Assembly: GCA_047601445.1 (NCBI GenBank)
Contig: JASGJH010000001.1
Span: forward strand, 1,376,001 to 1,440,000
Origin: Myxococcales bacterium
GTDB lineage: Bacteria > Myxococcota_A > Polyangia > Polyangiales > DASUME01
Direction of reading: 5' to 3'
Length of the DNA stretch: 64,000 nucleotides
The notes beneath the pieces were generated by a model that searched no databases, was not told the origin of the DNA, and saw only the letters and a list, made by a program, of their open reading frames with translations. Numbering within the stretch: position 1 is the stretch's first letter; every line of letters begins with the position of its first letter. The position numbers were made by a program, and so were the translations under genes. Shown here piece after piece: positions 19,661 through 30,214 of this stretch.

Positions 19661-22600
19661 ATGACCTCAAGCGTTCGGCGTGCCGTCGCGATTGTTGCGC
19701 GCGCAAGTGTCCTGTCCGTGACCTCGGGACTGCTGCTCAGTGCAGCGGGCTGCAGCGGCGAAGATGAAGCGGACCTCGAAGTGGCCGGTCTCGAGCAGGG
19801 TCTCGGCCAGGCCAACGCGAGCATTGTCATCAGCCAGGTTTATGGCGGCGGCGGCAACTCCGGAGCGACCTTCCGCAACGACTTCGTGGAGCTGTTCAAC
19901 CGCAGCCAGAGCGCGGTCACGCTGACTGACTGGTCGGTGCAATACGCCAGCAGCACGGGCACTGGAAACTTCTCCGCCAACGGCATCACCGTCATCAATG
20001 CCACGCTCCAGCCTGGCCAGTACTACCTGGTGCAGCTGGCCGGCGGCGCCAACGGCGCGGCCCTGCCCGCTGCGGACGCCACGGGCACGACGAACCTGAG
20101 CGGCACCGGCGGCAAGGTCATCCTGGCGAACACGCGGGTCGGCCTCGCCTGCAACGGAGCCAACAACCCATGCGGCGCGCTCGAAAGCAACATCGTGGAC
20201 CTGGTGGGCTGGGACGGAGCCAACTACTTCGAGGGCTCGGCGGCGCCCGCGACCACCAACCCGTCGGCGGTCCAGCGCAACGGGGGCGGCTGCGTGGATA
20301 CCAACAACAACGGCGCCGATTTCACGCTGGTGAATCCGCCCGTTCCCCACAATTCGGCTTCGACACCCGCAACCTGCTCGAGCAATACGCGCCCCGGCGT
20401 GGCCAGCACCCTGCCCTCCAATGGCGCCTCAGGCGTGGCGCAGGGCGCCGCATTGACCGTCAACTTCAGCGAGCCCGTGTCGGTCTCCGGCAGCTGGTTC
20501 GCCATCCAGTGCTCGCAGAGCGGAAGCGTGACCGCCACCGCGAGCGGGACGCTCGATAGTTACACGCTGACCCCGGCTGCTGCGTTCGCTACGGGCGAGA
20601 GCTGCACAGTGACCATCTTCGCTGCCTCGGTCCAGGACCAGGACGCGGGCGCCAACATGCAGAGCGACTACCAGTTTTTCTTCAGCATCGCGCTGCCGCT
20701 CACGGCCATCCGGGAGATCCAGGGCAGCACGCACCTGTCGCCGCTCAACGGACAGAACGTGCGGACGAGCGGCATCGTCACGGCGCGTGGCTCGAACGGC
20801 TACTGGCTGCAGGATCCGAGCCCCGATCAGGATGACGCGACCTCCGAGGGCATCTTCGTGTTCACGAGCTCCAGCCCCAGCGTGCAGGTGGGTGACGGCG
20901 TCGAGGTCTCTGGCCGCGTGAGCGAGTTCCGCCCCGGCTGCTCCGGGACGTGCGATGCCAGCAGCAGTGGCTACAGCAACCTGACCATCACGGAGCTCAC
21001 CTCCCCCACCACCCACGTAATCTCCAGCGGCAACCCCCTCCCCGCGCCGGTGGTCATCGGTGCCGGCGGCCGAGTCCCGCCCAGCGTGGTGATCGAAAAC
21101 GACGTGAGCGGAAACGTGGAGAGCGCCGCCAACACCTTCGACCCCGCCCAAGACGGCATCGACTTCTACGAGACCCTCGAGGGGATGCGCGTCCAGCTCA
21201 ACGACGCCGTGGTGGTCGGTCCGACCCACACCTTCAGCGCGGCCTCCAAGGAGACCTACGTGGTCGGTGACAACGGCGCCAACGCCGGCTTGCGCACCGC
21301 CCGCGGCGGCGTGGTGATCACGGACGCCGACAAGAACCCGGAGCGCCTGGTGCTCGACAACGGCGTGGTCTCCGCCATGCCCGACGCGAACGTGGGCGAT
21401 AGCTTCCCCGGTGCCATCGTGGGCGTGCTCGACTACGACTTCGCCAACTATCACTTGATGTACTCGCAAGCGCTTCCGGCGCTGTCGACGGGCGGCCTCG
21501 CGCGCGAGACGTTGTCCCTGCCGGTCGCCACGGCTACAGACCTGAACATTGCCGCCTTCAACGTCGAGAATCTGGATCCCAACGATCCCGCCTCCAAGTT
21601 CGCCGAGCTGGCCAGCATCCTGGTGAACTCGCTGCAGAGTCCGGACATCGTGGCTCTGGAGGAGATCCAGGACAACAACGGCGCCACGAACAACGGCGTG
21701 GTCGACGCAAGCGTCACCTTCACGCGCCTGATCCAGGCCGTGGCCGACGCAGGCGGGCCCGCCTACCAGTATCGCAGCATCAACCCGGTCGATGGGCAGG
21801 ACGGCGGCGAGCCTGGCGGCAACATCCGTGTGGGCTTCCTGTTCCGTACCGACCGCGGGGTCAGCTTCGTGGACCGCGGCGGCGCGGACTCCCTGACGGC
21901 CAACGCGGTGGTGAGCGAGGCCGGTGCGCCGAAGCTGGTCTACAGCCCCGGCCGCATCGATCCCACCAACAGCGCCTTCGCAAACAGCCGCAAGCCGCTC
22001 GCAGCCGAGTTCGTGTTCCAGGGTGCCACGCTGTTCGTGATCGCGAACCACTTCAACTCCAAGGGTGGCGATCAGCCGCTCTTCGGACGCTTCCAGCCGC
22101 CCGCGTTGAGCTCCGAGGTGCAGCGCCTCGCCCAAGCCAACGTGGTCGCGGACTTTGTCGAGCAGATCCTCGCGCTCGATGCCGACGCCAACGTGGTGGT
22201 GCTGGGCGACCTCAACGACTTCGAGTTCTCCGCTCCGGTGAACGTGCTGAAGAGCGCCGGGTTGACCACGCTCGTGGAGACCCTGCCTGCGCAGGAGCGC
22301 TACACGTACGTGTACGAAGGCAACTCCCAGGTCCTCGACCATGTCCTGGTCAGCAACCACGCGCTCTCCCGCACGGCCGGCTTCGACGTCGTCCATGTGA
22401 ACGCCGAGTTCGCCAGCCAGGCGAGCGATCACGACCCGGGCGTCGCCCGCTTGCGGCCCAACGCCATGGCGCCCGTGCTGATGGGACCCGGCAATCTGAG
22501 CGTGGAGGCCACGGGCCCCGCTGGCGCCCCTGTGGCGTTCGTGGTCACGGCCAACGACGATGTGGAAGGCGACGTCCCGGTGAGCTGCACGCCGGCATCG

Positions 22601-23299
22601 GGCTCGGTCTTCGGCTTCGGTACCACCAGCGTGAATTGCAGTGCCGCAGACACTGCCGGCAACGTGGGTCACACCAGCTTCACGGTCTCGGTTCATGACA
22701 CCACGGCCCCGCTGCTACTCAACGTGCCCGATCCCATCACAGCCTTCGCCACCAAGGGCAACGGCGCTGTCGTTTCCTACGGGCCGCCGAGCGCGAGCGA
22801 CCTGGTCGACGGCAACGTTCCCGTACCCTGCGCGCCGGCTTCGGGCAGCCGCTTCGCGCCCGGAACGACGCTGGTCTCCTGCAGCGCCCTGGACGCAGCC
22901 GGCAACTCATCCAGCGCTCAGTTCCCGGTTGTCGTCACCTTCTCGACGGCGCCGGGCAGCAGCCTGTTCGAGCAGCCCATCAACGCCGATGGCACCTCGG
23001 TCTTCAAGCTCGGGCGCACCGTGCCGGTCAAGTTCAGGCTCACCGGCCCGAGCGCCGGGGTCTCCGACTTGGTCGCGCGCTTGTTCGTGGCCAAGGTGAG
23101 CGACGGTGTGGAGGGCACGTTCGTGGAAGCCGACTCCACCAGCGCGGCCGACGACGGCAATACCTTCCGCTACGACTGCGGGGCCAAGCAGTACATCTTC
23201 AACCTGTCGACCAAGGCGCTCACCAAGGGCACCTGGGCGCTCAGCGCGGTGCTCGGAGACGGCGTGCTGCACAGCGTCCACGTGTCTTTCGTGAAGTGA
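19661..23299 (+). CDS. Multidomain extracellular nuclease: lamin-tail, Ig-like, OB-fold, EEP, two HYR, PxKF
   Basis: Lipobox AAGC; VISQVYGGGGNSGA..DFVELFN; IREIQG..SPLNGQ..SEGIFV; AFNVENL, ALEEIQD, NHFNSK, GDLND, LDH, SDHDP; HDTTAP; TVPVKF. Confidence 0.9.
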   Translation: MTSSVRRAVAIVARASVLSVTSGLLLSAAGCSGEDEADLEVAGLEQGLGQANASIVISQVYGGGGNSGATFRNDFVELFNRSQSAVTLTDWSVQYASSTGTGNFSANGITVINATLQPGQYYLVQLAGGANGAALPAADATGTTNLSGTGGKVILANTRVGLACNGANNPCGALESNIVDLVGWDGANYFEGSAAPATTNPSAVQRNGGGCVDTNNNGADFTLVNPPVPHNSASTPATCSSNTRPGVASTLPSNGASGVAQGAALTVNFSEPVSVSGSWFAIQCSQSGSVTATASGTLDSYTLTPAAAFATGESCTVTIFAASVQDQDAGANMQSDYQFFFSIALPLTAIREIQGSTHLSPLNGQNVRTSGIVTARGSNGYWLQDPSPDQDDATSEGIFVFTSSSPSVQVGDGVEVSGRVSEFRPGCSGTCDASSSGYSNLTITELTSPTTHVISSGNPLPAPVVIGAGGRVPPSVVIENDVSGNVESAANTFDPAQDGIDFYETLEGMRVQLNDAVVVGPTHTFSAASKETYVVGDNGANAGLRTARGGVVITDADKNPERLVLDNGVVSAMPDANVGDSFPGAIVGVLDYDFANYHLMYSQALPALSTGGLARETLSLPVATATDLNIAAFNVENLDPNDPASKFAELASILVNSLQSPDIVALEEIQDNNGATNNGVVDASVTFTRLIQAVADAGGPAYQYRSINPVDGQDGGEPGGNIRVGFLFRTDRGVSFVDRGGADSLTANAVVSEAGAPKLVYSPGRIDPTNSAFANSRKPLAAEFVFQGATLFVIANHFNSKGGDQPLFGRFQPPALSSEVQRLAQANVVADFVEQILALDADANVVVLGDLNDFEFSAPVNVLKSAGLTTLVETLPAQERYTYVYEGNSQVLDHVLVSNHALSRTAGFDVVHVNAEFASQASDHDPGVARLRPNAMAPVLMGPGNLSVEATGPAGAPVAFVVTANDDVEGDVPVSCTPASGSVFGFGTTSVNCSAADTAGNVGHTSFTVSVHDTTAPLLLNVPDPITAFATKGNGAVVSYGPPSASDLVDGNVPVPCAPASGSRFAPGTTLVSCSALDAAGNSSSAQFPVVVTFSTAPGSSLFEQPINADGTSVFKLGRTVPVKFRLTGPSAGVSDLVARLFVAKVSDGVEGTFVEADSTSAADDGNTFRYDCGAKQYIFNLSTKALTKGTWALSAVLGDGVLHSVHVSFVK

Positions 23300-23309
23300 T
23301 GCGCTTGCG

Positions 23310-23849
23310 TCATCGCGCAGGGCTCTGCATGGCCTGACGCACCAGGCGCTCCAGCTCATCCTGCGCAGCGCCTTCCAGCGTGAGCAGCGTCTGATAGGGG
23401 TCCCCCTCGAGGCCGAGCACGCGGGCAAACGCGGGCTCGGTCTTGTGACCAGCGCGCTTCTCCGCGCGCACGCGGTCCCTGAGCGCATCGCCCCCCAACG
23501 CAAGCAGCCTGCCTTCCACGATCATGTGTCGAAAGCCGGCCTGTTGGTGCACGGGCACGCCTTGAGCGAACACTTCCACCGCAAAGCCTTGCCACTGAAA
23601 GCGCGTCACGCTGGCCTCCGGCTGCGTGTGGAGGCGCGAGCACTGGAACGGGACGCTCCAGAAGCCGTCGAGCAGGCGCTCGAGTTGGCGCTCGAAGGCC
23701 ACGAGATCGTGGGCGCAGCAGAGCACGTCGAGATCGCTGCTGGCCACCTGGACTCCCAGGGGAAACGTTCCCACCAGGATTGGCGAGTAAGCATCGAGCT
23801 CTCGAAAGAGCGTGGCCAGGACTTCGTGCTCCGAGGTGGTGTGGGACAT
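23310..23849 (-). CDS. DUF4269 family protein (nucleotidyltransferase-like motif)
   Basis: PILVGTFPLG..SDLDVLC, EVFAQ..QAGFRHMIVE, KTEPAFARVLGLEGDPY. Confidence 0.8.
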   Translation of the reverse strand: MSHTTSEHEVLATLFRELDAYSPILVGTFPLGVQVASSDLDVLCCAHDLVAFERQLERLLDGFWSVPFQCSRLHTQPEASVTRFQWQGFAVEVFAQGVPVHQQAGFRHMIVEGRLLALGGDALRDRVRAEKRAGHKTEPAFARVLGLEGDPYQTLLTLEGAAQDELERLVRQAMQSPAR

Positions 23850-23883
23850 GATGCCAAGACATAGCAGGCGCCGCGCCCCGAAT

Positions 23884-25695
23884 TCAGGCCGCACGTAGCA
23901 GCACCGCGACCTCGCTTCCGCCCTCGTCGCGCGCCCGCAGAGCGAGCCTTCCACCCATGCGCCGCAAGTGTTCCGCGACCAGGGTAAGCCCTAGCCCCAG
24001 GCCCAGTTCATTGGCGGTCCCAGGCGTGCTGTGCACACGCTCCCCCGCACGGATACGCTGCAGCAGCTCGCTTGGAAAACCCGGCCCCTCGTCTCGCACC
24101 GAGATCTCCACGTCCGGTCCCTCGCGCCGTGCCTCGACCTCGATGGTGGCTCCCGGCGGGGAGAATTTGATGGCGTTGGAGATCAGGTTCGCGAGCACCG
24201 AGTCGCGCAACAACTCCGGGGCAGCGAGGACCTGAAGCTCGGGCGCCAGCACCTTGAGCAGCAGGGACTTCTGTTGCAGTCGGTGACCGAAGACCTGCTC
24301 GATATCCCACAGGGCTTGCTGCACCGAGGTCGCCACCACGCGGTCCGTGGGGACGGGCTCGCTGCGCTCCAGAACGTGCAACACCGCGCTCACCAGGGCC
24401 ACCAAGCGCTCCTGGAGTCCGCGCAACAGCTGCACGTCGGTGAGAGCCACGGAACCCTTCTTCTCGCACAGGGTCACCACCATACCCTGGGCCTGCACGA
24501 GGTTGGCGACATCGTGAAACAGCGTTCCGCACACGCGCCCGCGAAACACGTCCAGGCGTCGCAGCTCCCTGGCTCGCTCCTCGACCGCGAGCAAGCTCGC
24601 GCGCACGCGGTCTTCGAACAGGTACCACGCGAGCTGGAGCCCCGCTCCACAGAGGCCCACCGCTGCCAGGTGCAGCGCGCCGTCGAGCCGGTCGGCCGCC
24701 CCCATCCAGCCGATGAAAGTGATGGTGCTGAAGTTGATCAAGGCAAACCCACCGTGCATCCAGAGGCCACCGATCAAGGCCGGTGCGTAGGCCAAGGTCG
24801 GCACCAAGATCAGGTTCGGTGGTGGCTGCGAGAAGCCCCAGTAGCCGAAGGCGGCGCAGATGCTCAACGCCGCCACGAGCCAGACCGCGACGATGACGGG
24901 AACGTAGTCGCGCGGGCGCATGACCAGGAAGGCCCCTGCGACCACGTCGCAAACGAGCACCACCAGTGTAGGCACCAGCGCGCCGCGTGCCGTGAACAGG
25001 ACGCGCAAGAGGATATAGGTGGTGTGCCCTACCGAGATCCAGGTAAGCCAGTGAGCGAGGCGCAGGTTGAAGTTGGGCAACGTGTCGCGTCGGACATCCT
25101 CGGCCGAAGAGTCGGGCTGCAGCGCGACCCGTGCCGAGGTCAGGACTTGCTCGAGCTGCTGCTGTTGCTCCCGCAGGGTGGGCAGCGAACCCGCCGCAGG
25201 TTCCGCCGCGCGCTGCATAGACTGCACGGCGCGGCCCACGGCGCTCTGCAGCGCGGATGTGAGTTGAGCTCGCTCGGTGAGGCGCGCCTCGATGCGCGCT
25301 TGCTGCGTGGCGAGCCGGCGCTCGAGCGCGCGCTGGATGCTGCCGTGACCCAGCGTGAACAGCTCGCTCACGCAGATCACACCGGCCAGGTTGAAGCGCA
25401 GCGCGAGCTCACGCGGCCCCACCACAGGATGGGTGCCGAAGAAGAACAACAAGAGACCGAAGGCCAGGAAGAACGCGAGGTGCGTCTTGCGGCGGTCCCC
25501 CAACACACTCTGCATCGGCGAACACAGCGGCAACAGCAGGAGCGCCGGAGGGACCTGAGTGCCGGGCCCGAGAAAGCTCGCGGAACCGAGCGTGCCGAGG
25601 AAGCTGATTAGCCATAGGAGGGCATGCCGCTCGCCATGAGCGCGCACTCGCCACGCGAAGGAACGCAGCCCCGACTGCACCCTCTCCAGAGTCAC
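23884..25695 (-). CDS. Multi-TM sensor histidine kinase
   Basis: H-box TLFHDVANL, N-box NLISNAIKFS, G1 VRDEGPG, G2 GLGLGL. The first ~278 aa of the ORF call overlap another gene, so start set at GTG 25695. Confidence 0.85.
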   Translation of the reverse strand: MTLERVQSGLRSFAWRVRAHGERHALLWLISFLGTLGSASFLGPGTQVPPALLLLPLCSPMQSVLGDRRKTHLAFFLAFGLLLFFFGTHPVVGPRELALRFNLAGVICVSELFTLGHGSIQRALERRLATQQARIEARLTERAQLTSALQSAVGRAVQSMQRAAEPAAGSLPTLREQQQQLEQVLTSARVALQPDSSAEDVRRDTLPNFNLRLAHWLTWISVGHTTYILLRVLFTARGALVPTLVVLVCDVVAGAFLVMRPRDYVPVIVAVWLVAALSICAAFGYWGFSQPPPNLILVPTLAYAPALIGGLWMHGGFALINFSTITFIGWMGAADRLDGALHLAAVGLCGAGLQLAWYLFEDRVRASLLAVEERARELRRLDVFRGRVCGTLFHDVANLVQAQGMVVTLCEKKGSVALTDVQLLRGLQERLVALVSAVLHVLERSEPVPTDRVVATSVQQALWDIEQVFGHRLQQKSLLLKVLAPELQVLAAPELLRDSVLANLISNAIKFSPPGATIEVEARREGPDVEISVRDEGPGFPSELLQRIRAGERVHSTPGTANELGLGLGLTLVAEHLRRMGGRLALRARDEGGSEVAVLLRAA

Positions 25696-25844
25696 AAGTT
25701 CAGTGTACCTTCGGCGCTGGCGCACGGCCGAGCAGTGCTCGGCCTGGATGCATGCCACCTGGCGTGCGAACCCGTGACAACCTCGAGCGGCTCTCGGCGC
25801 GCTCTTGCCACCGCGTGCCCTCGTGGCCGAGGTTGCCCATGCGT

Positions 25845-26477
25845 CTAGAATCTTCCGTGCACTCCGGGGGTCCACACAGGTGAACCGCTCACATCTCGAG
25901 CTACGCCGAGGTTGGCCTGCACGCCGCGAGCGGGCCGTCGGAGTTGGCCCTGGAGGACGCCAGTGACGATGCCCACGCCGGCACCCGCGATGGTCCCTAC
26001 CGCGGTGCCGATCAGCGCGGCCTCGGGACTCTCCGTGTTGAGCGCAGCGAGTCCTCCACAGCTGGCCCCGAGTGCGGCTCCCAGGGTAACCCCGAGCAAC
26101 AGGTCGCGCATCACGTACTGGCCCCAGCCACGTCCATCGTAGTCGAGCGCACCCACGGCGACGCCCAATCCCGTGCCCACCAAGGCGCCGATGATGCTTC
26201 CCGTCAGCAAGGGCCGCCAGTCGTCGCGCTGCACTCCATCGCCCCGCACGCTGAGATAGCCGATCGCGAGGCCCGTGAGGCTTCCCGCGAAGAAGCCACG
26301 GGCACCCTGGCTGAGTAGACTCGGCGCGACCGGCTCGCCGGGAGTGAGCACGATCGTGGTGCTCCCGACGGGCACGGGCGGTTGCTGAACCACCACGACT
26401 GGGTCGTGCGCCAGGGCCACGCAAGAGATCCACCAAACCATCGCAAACGTCGAAAGCCAACACCATGCACGCGACAT
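25845..26477 (-). CDS. Hypothetical exported or membrane protein with Gly-zipper helices
   Basis: GGAGGA RBS, signal peptide, repeated GxxxG helices, ends GVHGRF. Confidence 0.65.
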   Translation of the reverse strand: MSRAWCWLSTFAMVWWISCVALAHDPVVVVQQPPVPVGSTTIVLTPGEPVAPSLLSQGARGFFAGSLTGLAIGYLSVRGDGVQRDDWRPLLTGSIIGALVGTGLGVAVGALDYDGRGWGQYVMRDLLLGVTLGAALGASCGGLAALNTESPEAALIGTAVGTIAGAGVGIVTGVLQGQLRRPARGVQANLGVARDVSGSPVWTPGVHGRF

Positions 26478-26564
26478 CGTTCCTCCGTGCACTGCGGCAA
26501 TGGGCGCGACAGGCACGTGAGTTGAACACCGCACGAGGGGATGCGTGTCACCTGCGGGTTGATC

Positions 26565-28008
26565 TCACAGCCGCACGCCGATCACGAATCCAGGCCAAAG
26601 GAGGACGCGGGTGTTTGCACCAGCCCGCGTTAGCTCGCGCGCGGGCAGCGCGAAGCCAGGGCGCACCGCACGCTCGAGATCGCGCTCCACGAGCAGGCTC
26701 AAGGCCGGACCAGCGAGCACACTGAAGTGGCGATGCAGATTCAGGCGCAGCATGGCGCGCAGTTGGAACAACGCGTTCGGCACGCCGCTGCGCCAGCCCG
26801 ACCAGGGTTGCACCGCGTGCGCAGCCAGGTCGACATCGAAGTCGAGCCACTCGCTCTTCAGGTTGGCTTTGGCGCCGAGGCCTGCCCCCAGCGAATAGCT
26901 GTGGTCGCCGCCCACGGGGTGCACGCCGAAGGCCACGAAGCTGTAGTTGTAGCGAGCGTCGAAGCGCACGGCCGTGGTCACGAGCGCGTTGTCCCCCATA
27001 CTGAGCTGGGGATGAACACCGCCCTTGCGTGTAATGCCGAGCACACCGAGAGAAACGTCGGCGTCGTCGGCGTAGTTCACCAGGCCGAGCTGGAGACCGC
27101 GCACCTCGGAGGCCGCGACGTTCATGCCGCCCACCTGCAAGCCGCGAACATGACGCGCCAGGTTAACCGCCCCGAGCTGAGCGCCCCGCATGTGACGGGC
27201 GAAGTTGATGCAGCCGAGCTGCACTCCGAGCGCGTGCCGGGCCACCAGGTTCATGGCGAGGGCCAGCTGAGCCCCCCTCGAGCTCACGAGCAAAAGTCAC
27301 GCTCGCTGCTTGCAAGCCCACCAGGTCTAGCCCTGCGATGGCGATCAATCCTGAGACCTGTGCCCCCTGACCGAGCGATCGCGCCACGTTGGCAAAGCCT
27401 GCGATGCTCAAGCCGGACAAGCGCTCGGCGTCCGTGAAGGCCAGCCCGAGCTGCAGACCACGCGCGTGGGCGCGAGCCCTTGTCCCGCCCAAGCTGAGCG
27501 CGAGACCTTCGAGCACATCGGGGTCGTCGTACAGCAGCGCGAGATCGAAGTGCGTGCCCATGGGCGTGTGCGCCGCGCGGCTCAAGGTCGAGTACGGCGG
27601 GATCAGAGCGGCGGCGAAGGGGACGAATGGGACGTCGTGTGCCCCCGTGCCGCGCAGCCGAGTTTTCTCGACGGGTTGCTCGGAGAAATCGGCCGGACTC
27701 ACCTGCACCGGCTGCCCCGCTCGAACCTGGACCTTGGCCACGCGCCGGTGAGCGCCGTCGGAGAGCGACAACACGTAGCTCCCGCTAGGCACCGCCAGCG
27801 CGAGCGCGCGTTCGGGCGTCGTCGCGACCTCCGCCACGAGGCCACCGCGCCCATCCCAGACGAAGAGACGCCCAGCCAGGCCACCAAGCACGCGCAGCTC
27901 CGACTCGGCCGTCCTCAGGTCGGTCAACACGAAGTCCCCGGTGCCGGCGAGCTGCATGTCGTAGGCCGCGTGCTGTGCTCCCGCCGCGGTAGAGCCCGTG
28001 CTGTGCAA
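26565..28008 (-). pseudogene. Truncated caspase-domain-associated surface protein with beta-helix-like repeats; frameshift at 27272-27277
   Basis: Begins at GAQHAAYDMQLAGTGDFVLTDLR; repeats GxQLGxxNxA; removing one G from a G6 run gives LEGAQLALAMN and joins ORFs 27163..28008 and 26565..27293. Confidence 0.6.
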
Positions 28009-28155
28009 GGCCCCGACGGTGTTACCCGCGGGGAGAGCTTTTTCGCGGGGCGCGGCACTTTAGCGGAACCCCCCGGGATCAAGCCTGTTCTTGTCGCATT
28101 TGGGACGCCAGCGTGCCGGTTTGCCGAAGTCGGGGGCATTGGCCAAGCTGGCCGC

Positions 28156-29070
28156 GTGCAGGTCCTAGCCGAACTCACATCCGCGAACTTGCCCCTCGAG
28201 CACCTCTCCATCCGCGCGCGCGGGCTCATGTTCCCCGCGCTCGCCTGCGGCACGGGTCCGCTGGTGCTTTGCCTCCATGGGTTCCCCGACACGTCGTTCA
28301 CATTTCGTCATCTGCTCCCCGCTCTGGCGGCCGCCGGGTACCGCGCGGTGGCGCCTGCCCTGCGCGGCTACGATCCGGCCTGCATGCCCCCGAGCCTGGG
28401 TGACGCCCATGCCGTCGAGGTCGCGCGGGATGCACTCGCGATCGTGGAAGCGCTCGGCGAATCGCGGGCACACTTGATCGGTCACGACTGGGGCGCCGTG
28501 GCGAGCTACCTGGCCGCCGCACTGGCCCCGGAACCATGGTCCTCCGTGACGACGCTGGCCATTCCGCACCCACTCGGCATCGTGGAGAACCTGCACCGCC
28601 TCCCCCGCCAGGCCCGCCACAGCTGGTACATGCTGTTCTTCCAGCTTCCGGCTATCGCCGAGCGCGCCGTAGCGGCGCGCGACTTCGCGCTCATCGAGCA
28701 GCTCTGGCGCACCTGGTCGCCCAGCTACCGCGCCGAGCCCGCCGAGCTGGCTCAGCTCAAGCAAGCCTTTCGACAGCCCGGCGTCGTGCCCGCCAGCCTG
28801 GCTTACTACCGCAACATGTTCGCGCTCACGGGCAAGCCGGCGCGCACGGCGATGGCGCTGCTCAAGGGGGTCATCCAGCCCCCCGTGCTCGCGATTTCGG
28901 GCAGCGAGGACGGCTGCATCGACACGCGCATGTTCGGGCTCGCGATGGGACCCGAGCGCTTCTCAAGCGTGGTCGTTGAGCAGCTGCTGGGGCTGGGGCA
29001 TTTCATGCACCTGGAAGATCCCGCTCGGATCGCCGCGCGCATCGTCTCCTGGCTGCAAGTGCACCCGTGA
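28156..29070 (+). CDS. Alpha/beta hydrolase, epoxide hydrolase-like
   Basis: LHGFPD, LRGY, GHDWGA, SWYMLFFQLP, LAYYR, GHFMHLE. Start uncertain. Confidence 0.9.
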   Translation: MQVLAELTSANLPLEHLSIRARGLMFPALACGTGPLVLCLHGFPDTSFTFRHLLPALAAAGYRAVAPALRGYDPACMPPSLGDAHAVEVARDALAIVEALGESRAHLIGHDWGAVASYLAAALAPEPWSSVTTLAIPHPLGIVENLHRLPRQARHSWYMLFFQLPAIAERAVAARDFALIEQLWRTWSPSYRAEPAELAQLKQAFRQPGVVPASLAYYRNMFALTGKPARTAMALLKGVIQPPVLAISGSEDGCIDTRMFGLAMGPERFSSVVVEQLLGLGHFMHLEDPARIAARIVSWLQVHP

Positions 29071-30093
29071 ATGTCGCGCCGCCTGGGCGCGGATGTACTC
29101 GCTGGGCGTGCGACCCGTCCAGCGCTTGAAGGCGCGGTGGAAGGCACTGGGTTCGGAGAAGCCCAGGCGCTCCGAGAGCTCCTTGATGGCGACCGTGGGC
29201 AGCTGCATCTCGCGGATGGCGAGCGTGCGGCGCACCTCACCGAGTAGCTCGGCCAGTGGGACGCCTTCTTCGGCCAGACGGCGGCGCAAGATGCGCTCGG
29301 AGAGCCCTAGCGACGAGGCCAGCCGGGCGGCCTCGAACTGGCTCAGGTCCTGCTCGTGGTTCAGCAGCGTGCGGACGCGCTCGGAGAGCGAGCGCTGAGC
29401 GTGCGCCGCCAGCAGAATCTCCGCGTGGTCGCGCGAGGGTTCGAGCAACGGATTGTCCGCGTAGGCCTGCCGGGGTTCGTCGAGCAGGGCCCGCGGGAAC
29501 ACGATGCCATCCTCGCGCGCGTCGTAGTGCACGGCGCAACCGCAGTAAGACACGTGATCGGGGGAGCTGGAGGGGGCCTCCGCCGTGAGCGTGAGACGCA
29601 CCTTCGAGCCCACGTTGCGCGGTGACAGGCGCTCCCCCATGCGCAGCGCGATGCCGAGCACCGCTTCGATCGCAAAGCGCGCGTACTCGCCGTGAATCAT
29701 CGCGTGACACACGAAGCGCGCTTCGTCGCCCTGCTCCTGCAGGCTGAAGGTGAGCGGCTCGGCGATCAGCGATTGGTAGCGACAGAAGATGGTGATGGCG
29801 GCGCGCAAGGTCCCCGCGGAGCGCAGCAGGTGATTGAGCCAATGCAGCGCCATCAGCGGGAAGTGCTCGCCGACGCTCAAGGCCAGGGCGCGCTCGCCGC
29901 TCAGCTGGTGCGCGTTGCGAACGATTTGCTCCCACTCGGCGATGGTCACCGAAGCGCGCAGGTCCGCGAGACGTGCCTCATTGACTTGAGTGCCCGCCAG
30001 GGCCAAACGCTCGTCGATGCCGCGGCCACGCAGCTCCGAAAGTACGCCTCGCACAAGGAAGATGGACAAGTTCACGGCAGCACCCGTGTCCAT
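28963..30093 (-). CDS. AraC-family transcriptional regulator (long ligand-binding N-domain)
   Basis: LGLSERILRRRLAEEG, IKELSERLGFSEPSAFHRAFKRWTGRTPSEY. Confidence 0.92.
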   Translation of the reverse strand: MDTGAAVNLSIFLVRGVLSELRGRGIDERLALAGTQVNEARLADLRASVTIAEWEQIVRNAHQLSGERALALSVGEHFPLMALHWLNHLLRSAGTLRAAITIFCRYQSLIAEPLTFSLQEQGDEARFVCHAMIHGEYARFAIEAVLGIALRMGERLSPRNVGSKVRLTLTAEAPSSSPDHVSYCGCAVHYDAREDGIVFPRALLDEPRQAYADNPLLEPSRDHAEILLAAHAQRSLSERVRTLLNHEQDLSQFEAARLASSLGLSERILRRRLAEEGVPLAELLGEVRRTLAIREMQLPTVAIKELSERLGFSEPSAFHRAFKRWTGRTPSEYIRAQAARHSRVHLQPGDDARGDPSGIFQVHEMPQPQQLLNDHA

Positions 30094-30128
30094 GAGTCGC
30101 GCCGTGGTGGAGACTTTTGAAGGAAAAT

Positions 30129-30202
30129 GGGGTTGGGGGTGGGTTTCGACGAACAGCCTTCGAGGCCGCCGCGTCGGGGGGGCCGGTGCCCCACCCGACC
30201 CC
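30129..30202. repeat. Nested GC-rich inverted repeat, REP-like
   Basis: GGGGTTGGG..CCCGACCCC outer arms with inner TCGACG/CGTCGG and GCCT-TCG-AGGC hairpins. Confidence 0.35.
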
Positions 30203-30214
30203 GCTTGATTTAGC

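Noticed and set aside
25696..26529. N-terminal extension of the histidine kinase ORF (likewise 27466..28155, 51775..52446, 17160..17754)
   Set aside because: Arg/Ala-rich off-frame translation overlapping other genes.
27272..27277. Programmed frameshift or phase variation at the G6 run
   Set aside because: The run is short, the gene is already truncated, and an indel error is simpler.
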